NCBI GenBank assembly: GCA_022709735.1
Contig: JAKLIG010000002.1
Span: 130,028-194,027 of the forward strand
Direction of reading: 5' to 3'
Origin: Patescibacteria group bacterium
GTDB lineage: Bacteria > Patescibacteriota > Minisyncoccia > Moranbacterales > UBA2206
DNA length: 64,000 bases
The position numbers and the translations under genes were made by a program. The first letter of the stretch is position 1. Every line of letters begins with the position of its first letter. This document shows, in pieces, positions 36,096 to 46,168 of the stretch. The notes under the pieces are model-generated. The model did not search any database and was not told the DNA's origin. It was given only the letters and a program-made list of their open reading frames with translations.

Positions 36096-36135
36096 AAATT
36101 CGTGAAGATTAGTGTTAAATTCGTGCAGATTAGTG
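36096..36135. repeat. tandem direct repeat AAATTCGTG(A/C)AGATTAGTG x2 in the divergent rpsT/ruvA promoter region
   Basis: aaattcgtgaagattagtg tt aaattcgtgcagattagtg. Confidence 0.4.
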
Positions 36136-36208
36136 ATTTAGATACTTACTATTTTTAGCATAGCGTGAGAGTTTTGGCAAGAGCTTAGTTAAGTGGTAAA
36201 ATAAGACT

Positions 36209-36781
36209 ATGATTGCAAAACTCAAGGGGAAAATTGAATATCTTAAAAATAACTATGCCGTAGTGGATGTGAATAATATTGGATATAAGGTATATTTATC
36301 AGCTTATACTTTTGGAAAAGTCGCCGGAATGCCAGAGGTCGATTTGTTTATCCATACTTATGTTCGCGAAGATACGCTCGCACTTTATGGTTTTTTGACG
36401 CAGGAGGAGCTCGAAATGTTTGAACTTTTGATTTCCATTTCTGGCATTGGCCCAAAAGCCGGCATGGGAATTCTTTCTATTGCTACGCCGAAAACTATTC
36501 GAACGGCAATACTCAACGAAGACCCGTCAATTCTCACCAAAGTTTCCGGCATTGGAAAAAAAACTGCCGAACGAGTTATACTTGAGCTTCAAAATAAAGT
36601 CGCTGATCTGACAACCAGCGAAAAGGATGAAGTTTCAGTGGATGCCGATGCGCTTGAAGCGCTGATTTCAATGGGCTACACTATCACGGAAGCGCGGGAC
36701 GCTTTGAAAGCCGTGCCGAAAGACGTGAAGGACGTTGGTCAGAGAGTCAAAGAAGCGCTGAAAGTTCTCGGGAAAAGATAA
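36209..36781 (+). CDS. ruvA: Holliday junction DNA helicase RuvA
   Basis: MIAKLKGKIEYLKNNYAVVDVNNIGYKVYL...; HhH motifs GIGPKAG and GIGKKTAERV. Confidence 0.9.
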   Translation: MIAKLKGKIEYLKNNYAVVDVNNIGYKVYLSAYTFGKVAGMPEVDLFIHTYVREDTLALYGFLTQEELEMFELLISISGIGPKAGMGILSIATPKTIRTAILNEDPSILTKVSGIGKKTAERVILELQNKVADLTTSEKDEVSVDADALEALISMGYTITEARDALKAVPKDVKDVGQRVKEALKVLGKR

Positions 36782-36786
36782 ATTAT

Positions 36787-36857
36787 GCGAGTGTAGTATA
36801 GTGGCAATACGCGACCTTCCCAAGGTTGAATCGTGGGTCCGATTCCCATCACTCGCT
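36787..36857 (+). tRNA. tRNA-Gly (anticodon CCC)
   Basis: Manual fold: acceptor GCGAGTG/CACTCGC; D-arm GTAT-AGTGGCA-ATAC; anticodon stem CGACC/GGTTG with loop TTCCCAA; T-arm GTGGG-TCCGATT-CCCAT; discriminator T; no encoded CCA. Confidence 0.7.
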
Positions 36858-36936
36858 CAAGGTAATTAAGGGTTCCTTGTCCGCCTTTGGCGGAGACTCC
36901 CGTTACCCGCTCATTTCATAATTAATAAATAAAAAA

Positions 36937-37614
36937 ATGGAAAATGATATTAATAATCAAGAAATAAAAAAAGAATATAATCCAAATTCTGTTTTTGAAA
37001 AACAATTATCTGATTCAAATATAGTTATTTCTAATCCATCAGAGAAAAATAATAGTTTTAACTCAAAGAAAAAAATTATAGTTGCTATTATAATTGCTAT
37101 ACCGGTCATCACACTTGCTTTAATTGGATTTAAAGTTTATTCTGATTTAAAAAATCAAAGGGAAAAAACTAATGAATTTGTTCAAAAACAAATAGAAAAA
37201 CAATCGCCTGATTATAAGGTGCAAAATAATGTAGATGATTTATCAAGTTATTCAAATGAACTCAAAGCTTGTTTTAAGGAGTGTTTAAAAATACCTGCTG
37301 CAGCTCAACAATCTTGTAATAATGGTTGTTGGTTAGAAGAAGCTAGGAGGATTCAGGATATGTCGCTTTGTTTGAAATGGAAGGTCGAAACTGATATTGT
37401 TGGTTCTCAAGCGATTTGCCAAATGGAAGTTGCTATTGCTTCGGGAAATTTGGACAATTGCGAAAAGATACAAAGTTCAAACAAAGATGATACTTATTTT
37501 AAAAAATATAAATGTTATGAGGAAATAGCCAAAGCGAAAAAAGACACATCAATTTGCGAGAAAATACCAAGAGATTATTTATTAGGAAGTATGTATAACG
37601 ATTGTATAAAATAG
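36937..37614 (+). CDS. membrane-anchored Cys-rich hypothetical protein
   Basis: TM at ~47-65; 13 Cys in the C-terminal half with repeated C-x-K-I motifs. Confidence 0.45.
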   Translation: MENDINNQEIKKEYNPNSVFEKQLSDSNIVISNPSEKNNSFNSKKKIIVAIIIAIPVITLALIGFKVYSDLKNQREKTNEFVQKQIEKQSPDYKVQNNVDDLSSYSNELKACFKECLKIPAAAQQSCNNGCWLEEARRIQDMSLCLKWKVETDIVGSQAICQMEVAIASGNLDNCEKIQSSNKDDTYFKKYKCYEEIAKAKKDTSICEKIPRDYLLGSMYNDCIK

Positions 37615-37633
37615 AAAAATTTATAAAAATAAA

Positions 37634-38065
37634 ATGGATGATAATAAAAAAATCTGGCCTACTTTATTTTCTTGGGGATATTTTTTACTTTCTTTGATTA
37701 TCTCATCATTTGTCCCAGAAGTAGGACAGGCTTTTTCAAACTTTACAATTATTAAAAAGTTCAGAGAAGCATATGCTTTTGATTATCGTGCAACATTGAT
37801 GATTTTCGGCTCTCTTATTTTTATTTTTGCACTTATGTACTTAATTGATTTTCTCAGGAAGAAATACTTAAATTATTCACCCCCACCTGATACAACGGAA
37901 AAACAATTAAAATCGGGGCTATATTCATTTTGGCTTATACTAGAAATGTGGAGAATATATGCAGTTATTATAGGAACTATAATTTTGATAGCCAGTCTTT
38001 TTAAGCTCAATATGTCTTCTTTATTAGAGCACCTTAAGTTTGAATTATTTATTGATAAGCTTTAA
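37634..38065 (+). CDS. hypothetical membrane protein (143 aa)
   Basis: Four predicted TM helices. Confidence 0.45.
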   Translation: MDDNKKIWPTLFSWGYFLLSLIISSFVPEVGQAFSNFTIIKKFREAYAFDYRATLMIFGSLIFIFALMYLIDFLRKKYLNYSPPPDTTEKQLKSGLYSFWLILEMWRIYAVIIGTIILIASLFKLNMSSLLEHLKFELFIDKL

Positions 38066-38107
38066 TTGGCAACAATCTCAGTTCTAACTAAATGAACTAA
38101 AGAGCTC

Positions 38108-39079
38108 ATGGATAGCAATTTTCTTCAATCAAAAGAATGGCGGGGATTTCAGGAGGTGGTGGGGCGAAAGACGTCTTGTATTGATAGTGAAAATTTTTCT
38201 GCCAGTATAATTGAACATAATCTTCCAATTGTTGGAAAGTATTTTTATATTCCGAAAGGACCAATTATAGAAAATCAAAATGCAAATCTCAAAAATAAAA
38301 ATGACAATGCAAAATTAAAAAATAATTTAAATGAATTAATAGATTTGGCGGAAAAAGAAAAAGCGGGATGGATTAGGATTGAGCCGGAGAATGAGGAAAT
38401 TTTGGAAATGATTAAAAAAAATATAAAAAATAAAATAACTAAGGCTCCGCATGAAATGCAACCGAGAGAAAGTCTAATTCTTGATATTACAAAAACCGAA
38501 GAAGAATTATTGGCAGAGATGAAAAGTAAAACTCGATATAACATTAAAGTTGCTGAAAAACATGGAGTAAAGATTAAGAAACAAGAAAAAAGCGAGGAAT
38601 ATATCGAAGAATTTTTGAGGCTAACAAAAATAATGGCCAAAAGACAAGGAATCGAAACGCACAGTGGAGAATATTATCAAAAAATGTTTGAGATAATTCC
38701 GGGCGATGTTATTAAATTATATGTGGCGGAATATAAAAATAGAGTAATCGCCGCGAATATTATGATATTCTTTGGCGACACTGCGACTTATCTTCACGGC
38801 GCATCGGATGACCAGTATAGAAATGTTATGGCGCCGTATCTTCTTCAGTGGCAAGCGATAAAAGATGCGAAAGCTGAAGGATTTAAAAAATATGATTTCT
38901 TTGGAGTGAAAGTTAAAAACAAGTCTGGAAAATCCTGGGAAGGAATAACCAGATTTAAGACTGGATTTTCTCCAAGCACAGATCCTATTGAATTTCCGGG
39001 CTGTTATGATATAGTGATTAATCCAATAAAATATTGGGTATATAGAATAATTCAGAAAACAAAGAGTTTTGTAAGATAA
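38108..39079 (+). CDS. FemAB-family (FemX-like) peptidoglycan peptide-branch aminoacyltransferase
   Basis: MDSNFLQSKEWRGFQ... GNAT-like FemAB N-terminus; contains a low-complexity insert NQNANLKNKNDNAKLKNN. Confidence 0.65.
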   Translation: MDSNFLQSKEWRGFQEVVGRKTSCIDSENFSASIIEHNLPIVGKYFYIPKGPIIENQNANLKNKNDNAKLKNNLNELIDLAEKEKAGWIRIEPENEEILEMIKKNIKNKITKAPHEMQPRESLILDITKTEEELLAEMKSKTRYNIKVAEKHGVKIKKQEKSEEYIEEFLRLTKIMAKRQGIETHSGEYYQKMFEIIPGDVIKLYVAEYKNRVIAANIMIFFGDTATYLHGASDDQYRNVMAPYLLQWQAIKDAKAEGFKKYDFFGVKVKNKSGKSWEGITRFKTGFSPSTDPIEFPGCYDIVINPIKYWVYRIIQKTKSFVR

Positions 39080-39084
39080 TTTTT

Positions 39085-40395
39085 ATGAAAAAGTTGGTCC
39101 CACAATCCATCAAAAATATCTATCATCTTTTCCAAGCCGTCTTGGCTAATTTGATTTATGGCTTTCCTTCAAAAAATATAAAAGTTATTGGAGTAACAGG
39201 AACAAATGGCAAGACTACGACTGTGCAGATGATCACAAAGATTCTGGAAGAATCGGAGAAGAAAGTTGCCATGGCGTCAACGATCAATTTTAAGCTAGGT
39301 GAAAAAGAATGGGTAAATGCAACAAAATTTACCACTCTCTCCAGTTTCAAAGTACAGAAATTTATTAAAGAGGCGGTTAAAACTGGTTGCGAATATTTAG
39401 TTTTAGAAACTTCTTCCCATTCATTAGATCAATTCAGAACTTGGGGAATAAAATATGACACGGCTGTTATTACAAATATAACTCGCGAGCATTTGGACTA
39501 TCACAAAACGATGGAAGAATATCGCCGAGCTAAATTGAAATTATTTAAAAATGCGAGAGTAGTAGTGGTTAATTTGGATATGGAAAAGCCGCAAAATTTT
39601 ATTAAATTTGGTGAAGAGAATATTTTCGGATACACTATGGAAAATCAAAAATCAAAAATCAAAAATCAAAATGACAATATAAAATTTAAAATTATTCAAG
39701 CCAAAGATATTGAATTAGGAATTGATTATGCTAAATACAAAATATCCGCCCAAGGCGGACCAGCCTTTGGCTGGCAAGATACAAACTTCAGGCTTAATTT
39801 GCTTGGCAAATTTAATATTGAAAACGCTTTGGCAGGGACCTGTGTTGGCTTGGCCTATGGAATTTCTTTAGAAACAATAAAAAACGCGCTTGAAAAAATT
39901 AAAGGCGTGCCGGGAAGAATGGAGCGAGTGCCAAACGATGAAGGAATTGAAATTATTATTGATTATGCGGTGACGCCAGATAGCTTGGAAAAGGTGTATA
40001 GTCTTATTTCTCAAAGTAAAAAAGAAAATGCAAAAATTATTTCAGTCTTTGGTTCTTGCGGAGAGCGTGATCGTGGGAAGCGGCCAATTATGGGCGAAAT
40101 TGTTTCGCGCTATGCGGATTATATAATTCTCACTAACGAAGATCCGTACGGAGAAGATCCAGAACAAATAATTGGGGAAGTTGAATCAGGAATTAAGAAG
40201 CATGAATTAGGAAAAAATTACTGGATAATTATGGATAGAAGAGAAGCAATTAAAAAGGCCTTGCAAATTGCAAAGCCTGGAGATATTTTTGTGATTACTG
40301 GAAAAGGAGCGGAAGAGGTTATGGCAATCGGCGAAAAAAGAATTCCGTGGAATGAAAAAAAAGTTATCCAAGAAGTCTTGCAAGAATTAGTGTAA
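39085..40395 (+). CDS. murE: Mur ligase (MurE-like UDP-MurNAc-tripeptide synthetase)
   Basis: VIGVTGTNGKTTTVQMI P-loop; DNAANP-like and C-terminal Mur-ligase domains; in-frame AAAATCA x4 heptamer at 39640-39675. Confidence 0.75.
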   Translation: MKKLVPQSIKNIYHLFQAVLANLIYGFPSKNIKVIGVTGTNGKTTTVQMITKILEESEKKVAMASTINFKLGEKEWVNATKFTTLSSFKVQKFIKEAVKTGCEYLVLETSSHSLDQFRTWGIKYDTAVITNITREHLDYHKTMEEYRRAKLKLFKNARVVVVNLDMEKPQNFIKFGEENIFGYTMENQKSKIKNQNDNIKFKIIQAKDIELGIDYAKYKISAQGGPAFGWQDTNFRLNLLGKFNIENALAGTCVGLAYGISLETIKNALEKIKGVPGRMERVPNDEGIEIIIDYAVTPDSLEKVYSLISQSKKENAKIISVFGSCGERDRGKRPIMGEIVSRYADYIILTNEDPYGEDPEQIIGEVESGIKKHELGKNYWIIMDRREAIKKALQIAKPGDIFVITGKGAEEVMAIGEKRIPWNEKKVIQEVLQELV

Positions 40396-40813
40396 GGATA
40401 AAACCTAAAATTCCGCCAACAATCACTTCACTGATTCGATGTCCCATTCTTTCATGAAGACGAGGAAATTGCTCGTCTTTTATATTTAGTTGTCGAATAA
40501 GCATATTTAGATATCTTCCTTGATCACCCATATACATTCTAAGGCGCGCGGCGTCATCAATAACGATGACGGCAAGAGCGATTGCAACTGCAAAAGCTCC
40601 AGAGCTTAGGCCTTCATAATATCCGACAGAAGTTACGAGAGACACTATGAATCCAGTGTGAGCAGATGGCATATGGCCGTGCGTCATGGCATAACCGATA
40701 TTCCAGCCGTGCTTTATTGAATAGACAATAAATTTTATCACCTGAACGATGCACCCGATGGCTATCGGGATTAGAAAAATGTAGTAAGGTTTTATTGGAT
40801 CTAATATGTCCAT
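40364..40813 (-). CDS. divergent PAP2-family membrane phosphatase (DUF212-like)
   Basis: GHMPSAHTG motif; four TM helices; overlaps the murE 3' end by 32 nt on the opposite strand. Confidence 0.55.
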   Translation of the reverse strand: MDILDPIKPYYIFLIPIAIGCIVQVIKFIVYSIKHGWNIGYAMTHGHMPSAHTGFIVSLVTSVGYYEGLSSGAFAVAIALAVIVIDDAARLRMYMGDQGRYLNMLIRQLNIKDEQFPRLHERMGHRISEVIVGGILGFILTLILARLLG

Positions 40814-40917
40814 AGATTTGAGATTAATTTTTTATGTTTTAATTATAGCATATTTTTGCTATTTTACACATCAAGCGAAAAGCGGTATAATAAAAAAGTA
40901 ATTATTAAGTAAAAAAT

Positions 40918-41469
40918 ATGATAGGAGTATTAATTTTAATTGGTGTTATAGCAATAATTGTGATTGCAATAATCACAATGTATAACGGTCTTATTACTCT
41001 AAAAAATAGAGTGGATGAAGCATGGAGTGACATCGATGTCCAGCTAAAAAGGCGCTATGATTTGATTCCGAATTTAATAAATACAGTCAAAGGTTATGCG
41101 GCGCACGAAAAAGAAGTTTTTGAAAAGGTGACGCAGGCGCGGACCCAGGCAATGAATGCCGGATCAACAGAGGAGAAAGCTCAAGCGGAAAATATGCTTA
41201 GCGGAACTCTAAAATCATTGTTTGCAGTTTCAGAAAACTATCCAGACCTTAAGGCGAATCAAAATTTCTTGGAACTTCAAAGAGAACTTTCTGATACGGA
41301 AGACAAAATTATGGCTAGCCGTCGATTTTACAACGGCAATGTTCGCGATTTCAATACTAAGCTTCAAGTTTTTCCAACCAATATGATTGCCGGAATGCTG
41401 AAATTTAGCGCGCGGGAATTTTTTGAGGCGGATGAAAAAGAAAAAGAAGCGGTGAAGGTGGAATTCTAG
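40918..41469 (+). CDS. lemA: LemA-family protein
   Basis: N-terminal TM followed by ...NGLITLKNRVDEAWSDIDVQLKRRYDLIPNLINTVKGYAAHEKEV... Confidence 0.8.
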   Translation: MIGVLILIGVIAIIVIAIITMYNGLITLKNRVDEAWSDIDVQLKRRYDLIPNLINTVKGYAAHEKEVFEKVTQARTQAMNAGSTEEKAQAENMLSGTLKSLFAVSENYPDLKANQNFLELQRELSDTEDKIMASRRFYNGNVRDFNTKLQVFPTNMIAGMLKFSAREFFEADEKEKEAVKVEF

Positions 41470-41506
41470 TTTTCCATTTAAAATAAAAAATTTTTAAAAT
41501 AAAAAA

Positions 41507-43318
41507 ATGGAAATAAAAATAAGTAAAAAGGAGATTATCGGAGCCATACTGATTGTTTTTTCAGTTGGCTCTTTGTTTTATGGCGCTTATTATTTTGGTC
41601 GGAAAGAAGCGGGGAAAAAATATGCCCAAAATTCTGACACTGTAAATAAATCAGCGGTTAATGCTAATAATGTAAATCAAAGCGAAACTGGCGTAGTTGA
41701 TTTGGCCAGCGATACAATTAAAAAAGGCTGGATAAAATGGCAAGAACCGCAAGATTTGGGCGATATTGGCCTAACTCTCAAAGAACTTTATACTGGCGCA
41801 GGCAATGATACGGTCAATTCAGAAGGAGTGAAATATTTGAAAGTTGGGGCAGTAGAAAAAGGCAAATATGCGACTGCAGAAATTTTAGATGTTGTTTCTT
41901 GGGTTTATGAAGGGCCAGGGCTTTCAAGCCCGAGCATTCTTCGAGTGTTGAAATTGAATGGTGAATTTATTTTTCTGACTAAAAATATTGAAAATTTTGA
42001 TGAATACACCAATGATTTCATCAAAACTTATTTTTTCTCCGGTTCGGCAGTCAAAAAAATAAACAATGAAATTGTGATTGAAGAATTGGTTTATCCAAAA
42101 GAATTAAGAGGAGAGAATGAAAGGCAAAATTTCGTGCGCAATGATTATGAAAATAGTTTTTTTGTTGGAGACAAGCTGAAACCAGTTTTTGTCCATTCAC
42201 AATTTGGGCAGGTTTGGACAACAGATGAGAAAAAAAATATAAATCCAGAAGTATCTGCATTCGAACTTAATAGCCATTTGGGTTATCTGATGGGGGAAAG
42301 AAAAAAAGTTTATCAAGATATTTTTGGCAGATACGGATTTTATCTGAAAGCGCCAGATGGAACGGCGGTTAGCTATAAATCAGTAATAGATATTTTTGAA
42401 AAACAAGAAAGATTTTCCAAGCTTCAAGCAACTTGGAATAATGGCAAAGTAAATGAGGCAGAATATGAAATTAATCCGAGTGGTTGCGGTGCTGGCGATT
42501 ATGTTTATAATGAAACGCTAAATGTCGATGTGGAAAAAAATTTAGTGCTAGTTGGAAAATCACAAAAGGGGGATAATCTTTATGGTTATAAAGACGCGAC
42601 ACTCGCAGGATTTTCCAAACTTTACAATGATATTTATTGGACAAAAGATGGCAAGAAAAAAACAGCCGAAGAGTTTTTAAAAATAAATCCTAAGGTTTTT
42701 TGGGTGGATCCATACGGCCGAACATTGGCATTTTATCGAGCTGATATTATCAGTCCAGCAGAGTGTGGTAAGCCGGTAATCTATCTTTATCCGGAAAATG
42801 ACAAAAATGTTCATGTCGAAGTGGCGCCAGGCAATGGTTTGAGCTTCACTGATCCGCAGTATAAAAATGGCTGGAATGTGTTGGCTCGCAAAAATGGAGA
42901 GTTAGTAAATACAGAAGATGGAAAAACTTATCCATATCTTTTTTGGGAAGGCGCGGGCGATGTCTATTATGAAACTCCGACGCAAGGATTTGTGGTAGCG
43001 AAAAATGACTTGAATTCTTTTTTGGATGAAAAATTAGCCAAGCTTGGCTTGATTTCCCAAGAAATTTCTGATTTCAAGGAATTTTGGATTCCTGAAATGA
43101 AAAAAGAAAATAAGCCATATTATTTTGTGACATTTTTGTCAAAAAGATACATTGATTCTTTAGCGCCACTTTCCATTTCGCCTGCACCGGATACTATTAT
43201 TCGCGTTATGATGGATTTTAAGGGCTTGGAAAAACCAGAAAAGGTGTTTGAGTTAAAAATAAATACACCCGAGCGAAAAGGATTTACGGTCGTTGAATGG
43301 GGAGGAATGCTTAAGTAA
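41507..43318 (+). CDS. large membrane-anchored hypothetical protein (603 aa)
   Basis: Single N-terminal TM; no recognised domain; follows lemA. Confidence 0.5.
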   Translation: MEIKISKKEIIGAILIVFSVGSLFYGAYYFGRKEAGKKYAQNSDTVNKSAVNANNVNQSETGVVDLASDTIKKGWIKWQEPQDLGDIGLTLKELYTGAGNDTVNSEGVKYLKVGAVEKGKYATAEILDVVSWVYEGPGLSSPSILRVLKLNGEFIFLTKNIENFDEYTNDFIKTYFFSGSAVKKINNEIVIEELVYPKELRGENERQNFVRNDYENSFFVGDKLKPVFVHSQFGQVWTTDEKKNINPEVSAFELNSHLGYLMGERKKVYQDIFGRYGFYLKAPDGTAVSYKSVIDIFEKQERFSKLQATWNNGKVNEAEYEINPSGCGAGDYVYNETLNVDVEKNLVLVGKSQKGDNLYGYKDATLAGFSKLYNDIYWTKDGKKKTAEEFLKINPKVFWVDPYGRTLAFYRADIISPAECGKPVIYLYPENDKNVHVEVAPGNGLSFTDPQYKNGWNVLARKNGELVNTEDGKTYPYLFWEGAGDVYYETPTQGFVVAKNDLNSFLDEKLAKLGLISQEISDFKEFWIPEMKKENKPYYFVTFLSKRYIDSLAPLSISPAPDTIIRVMMDFKGLEKPEKVFELKINTPERKGFTVVEWGGMLK

Positions 43319-43321
43319 GAT

Positions 43322-45082
43322 ATGAAAAAAAGAAAAGTTTTAATTTTTATCGCGGTTATCTTTATTCTTTTTTTTGGAATTTTTAGAGCAACAAAATTAG
43401 GCACAAGTAACAAAAAAGTTTATTTTGAAACGGCTTCTCATGCGGAGGCCGTTTCTTTGATTGTCCCGCACCATTTAGTGGCGGAAGAATTAATTGACGA
43501 AGCTTTTGCTTTGACGGCGCAAAAAAATAAAGCCGTCAAAATTGACAGAGCTATTCTTATTAGTCCAAACCATTTTAATTTGGGGCATGGCTGGGTGAAT
43601 CTAAGTGACGAAAATTGGGAGACAAAAAATGGGAAAATTGAAGTGGATGTGCTAGGTCTGGAAAAAATAAAAAATATTGAAGGGTTAAATGTTGAAAATG
43701 AAGCTTTTCAAAAAGAGCATGGGGTTGAAAATATTATGCCATTTATTGCCAGATATTTTCCTGAAACTAAAGTCATTCCACTTATGGTAAAAGACGGCTT
43801 TCCCCTAGAAAAATCAGAAAAATTAGCGGATGATTTAGCGAAAAATTTTCCTCAAAACACGCTGATTATTTTGTCATCCGATTTTTCTCATGAATTGGAA
43901 AAAAATATGGCCAAGTTTCATAATCAAAAAACTATTGAAGTAATTAGGAATAAAGAATATAAGAAGATTGGAAATTTAGATACTGATTGTGCGCCGGGGC
44001 TTGTGATTTCGACAAAATATGCGCAAAATTTGGGGTATGAAAATTTTGAATTGTTTGGAGATTCCAACTCCTCGGAAATTTATGGCAAGAATTTTATCGG
44101 GGAAACAACGAGCTATATCACGGGAATTTTTTCGGAAGGGAAACAAATAAATCAAATCAAGGCAGTGCAACTGATGTTTTTTGGCGATTGGATGCTAGAC
44201 AGAAACAATCGAATGCTATCTGAAAAAAACAGTGCTCCATGGCTAAGTGAAAAATTGCGCCGGATTTTTTGGAGCCAGGATGAAAATATTTTGAATTTAG
44301 AAGGAACGATAACAGACAAGCCTTCGGTTTCGGTCGGGACTAATGAAACTCAAAAGGGTCATTTTCTGTTTACTTTTTCACCGGAAAAAACCAAAACTTT
44401 TTTGGCAGAGAATAAAATTGGCCTAGTAAGTCTTGGCAATAACCATAGCTTGAATTTTGGGCCAGATGGACTGGTAGAGACGAAAAATAATCTCAAAAAT
44501 TTTGGCGTTGAATATTTTGGTGATCCTACGAATGAAAATAATTTTTTGATTAAAGATATCAATGGGCAAAAAATCGGCTTTGTGAATTATAATCAATTTT
44601 TTGGTCCGGATGAAGAAAAAACTGTTGAGAATATAAAAGAGACAAAAAAGCGCTCGGAGTTTGTAGTAGTTTATACTCATTGGGGGACCGAGTATCAATT
44701 ATCAGAAAATGAAAAACAAAAAAAGTTAGCGCATCAATTTATCGATAGTGGGGCGGATTTGATTATCGGGTCGCATCCGCATGTAGTGGAGCCAATTGAA
44801 ATTTATCAAAACAAAGCGATTTTTTATTCGCTGGGAAATTTTATTTTTGACCAATATTTCAGCGAAGATGTGAAAACTCGGCTAGCGGTGGCGGTTTCAA
44901 TTTCAAAAGAAAAAACAGAATTTGTTCTAGAACCACTTTATACCCAAAAAAACGGGCAAGTGATCTTGGCGGAGGAAATAAAAAGAAATGAATTACTAGA
45001 TAGAATAGCAGAGAACAGCACAGTTTCTAGCGAAATTAAAGAAGGCCTGAAATCAGGACATTTTCAGATAAAAAATAATTAG
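43322..45082 (+). CDS. fusion protein: N-terminal Memo1/AmmeMemoRadiSam-B-like domain + C-terminal CapA/PgsA-type metallophosphatase (poly-gamma-glutamate capsule family)
   Basis: N-terminal ...VPHHLVAEELIDEAF...ILISPNHF; C-terminal LMFFGDWMLDR...VSLGNNHSLNFGPDGL...VVYTHWGTEYQ...GADLIIGSHPHVVEP...SLGNFIFDQ (CapA motifs). Confidence 0.6.
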   Translation: MKKRKVLIFIAVIFILFFGIFRATKLGTSNKKVYFETASHAEAVSLIVPHHLVAEELIDEAFALTAQKNKAVKIDRAILISPNHFNLGHGWVNLSDENWETKNGKIEVDVLGLEKIKNIEGLNVENEAFQKEHGVENIMPFIARYFPETKVIPLMVKDGFPLEKSEKLADDLAKNFPQNTLIILSSDFSHELEKNMAKFHNQKTIEVIRNKEYKKIGNLDTDCAPGLVISTKYAQNLGYENFELFGDSNSSEIYGKNFIGETTSYITGIFSEGKQINQIKAVQLMFFGDWMLDRNNRMLSEKNSAPWLSEKLRRIFWSQDENILNLEGTITDKPSVSVGTNETQKGHFLFTFSPEKTKTFLAENKIGLVSLGNNHSLNFGPDGLVETKNNLKNFGVEYFGDPTNENNFLIKDINGQKIGFVNYNQFFGPDEEKTVENIKETKKRSEFVVVYTHWGTEYQLSENEKQKKLAHQFIDSGADLIIGSHPHVVEPIEIYQNKAIFYSLGNFIFDQYFSEDVKTRLAVAVSISKEKTEFVLEPLYTQKNGQVILAEEIKRNELLDRIAENSTVSSEIKEGLKSGHFQIKNN

Positions 45083-45990
45083 TGTATAATTTATTTATGA
45101 GCACGCTTTATACTCAAGCTGACAAGAATACCCGCCTAACCTGGATTTATATCACCGGATTTTTGATTTTTGTCATTGGCGTGGGTTATGTTTTTGCCGG
45201 AGCGATGAATAATAGCGTGATTTTATACATTGCAGTAATCTTCTCTGTTGTGATGAGTTTTGCATCATACTGGTGGAGCGATAAAATTGTTCTGGCGATG
45301 TCGAGCGCAAAAGAATTGAAGCATGAAGACAACCCGCAAATTTATCATCTTGTTGAAAATCTTTGCATCACGGCGGGACTTCCAATTCCAAAAATTTATA
45401 TAATTCAAGACACCGCGATGAATGCTTTCGCGACGGGAAGAGATCCGGCGCACGGCGTAATTTGTCTCACAACCGGTATAATTTCCCGCCTAGAAAAAAC
45501 GGAACTCGAAGGCGTGATTGCGCACGAGCTTTCGCACATCGGGAATCGCGATATTTTGCTTTCTACGGTGGTTGTAATTTTAGTTGGATTTGTCACACTT
45601 CTAGCGGATTGGTTTCGTCACTGGGCTTTTTTTGGAAAAAAAGGGTCGGACAGCGAAGGCGGAGGACAGCTTAGAATGATTCTTATAATTTTAGCAATAG
45701 TTCTTTCAATCCTGGCGCCGATTGCGGCGACGCTAATGCAACTCGCGATTTCTCGAAAAAGAGAATTTCTAGCCGATGCTGATGGAGCGCTACTCACTCG
45801 CTATCCCGAAGGACTGGCTAATGCACTTTCAAAAATTTCTACTGATACTGAACCGCTGGAAGCCGCCAATCGCGCCACGGCCCATCTTTTTATTGCCAAT
45901 CCTTTCAAAGGCAAAAAAGTAATGAAATTTTTTATGACCCACCCACCAATCGAAGAGAGAATAAAGGCGCTAAAAGGGATGAATGTTTAA
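45082..45990 (+). CDS. htpX: M48 zinc metalloprotease HtpX
   Basis: HELSHIGNRD (HExxH); four TM helices. Confidence 0.85.
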   Translation: MYNLFMSTLYTQADKNTRLTWIYITGFLIFVIGVGYVFAGAMNNSVILYIAVIFSVVMSFASYWWSDKIVLAMSSAKELKHEDNPQIYHLVENLCITAGLPIPKIYIIQDTAMNAFATGRDPAHGVICLTTGIISRLEKTELEGVIAHELSHIGNRDILLSTVVVILVGFVTLLADWFRHWAFFGKKGSDSEGGGQLRMILIILAIVLSILAPIAATLMQLAISRKREFLADADGALLTRYPEGLANALSKISTDTEPLEAANRATAHLFIANPFKGKKVMKFFMTHPPIEERIKALKGMNV

Positions 45991-46042
45991 TCAGATAAAT
46001 AATTATTTTTATTTTATTTTGAAATAGGTAGGCGGGCAGGCC

Positions 46043-46095
46043 CACCCACCAATCGAGGAGAGAATAAAAGCGCTTCGAGACATGAATGTCTAACA
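46043..46095 (+). repeat. fossil duplicate of the htpX 3' end (~85% identical to 45938-45990), ending in its own TAA
   Basis: cccacccaccaatcgaGgagagaataaaAgcgct... versus the htpX tail ...cccacccaccaatcgaAgagagaataaaGgcgct... Confidence 0.5.
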
Positions 46096-46168
46096 TTAAA
46101 AAAATATGCTAGTATATAGTTAAGGAGAAAGTTATTTCTTAAATATAAAAATAGATTGGAGGTGCACT

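Noticed and set aside
36858-36925. tRNA-like remnant directly downstream of tRNA-Gly (CCCGTTACCCGCTCA resembles the tRNA 3' end CCCATCACTCGCTCA) plus the hairpin CCGCCTTTGGCGG
   Set aside because: Could be a decayed att-site-like duplicate of the tRNA 3' end, but it is only ~60 nt away with no cargo between. Too short and degenerate to call as an integration scar; more likely a terminator hairpin region.
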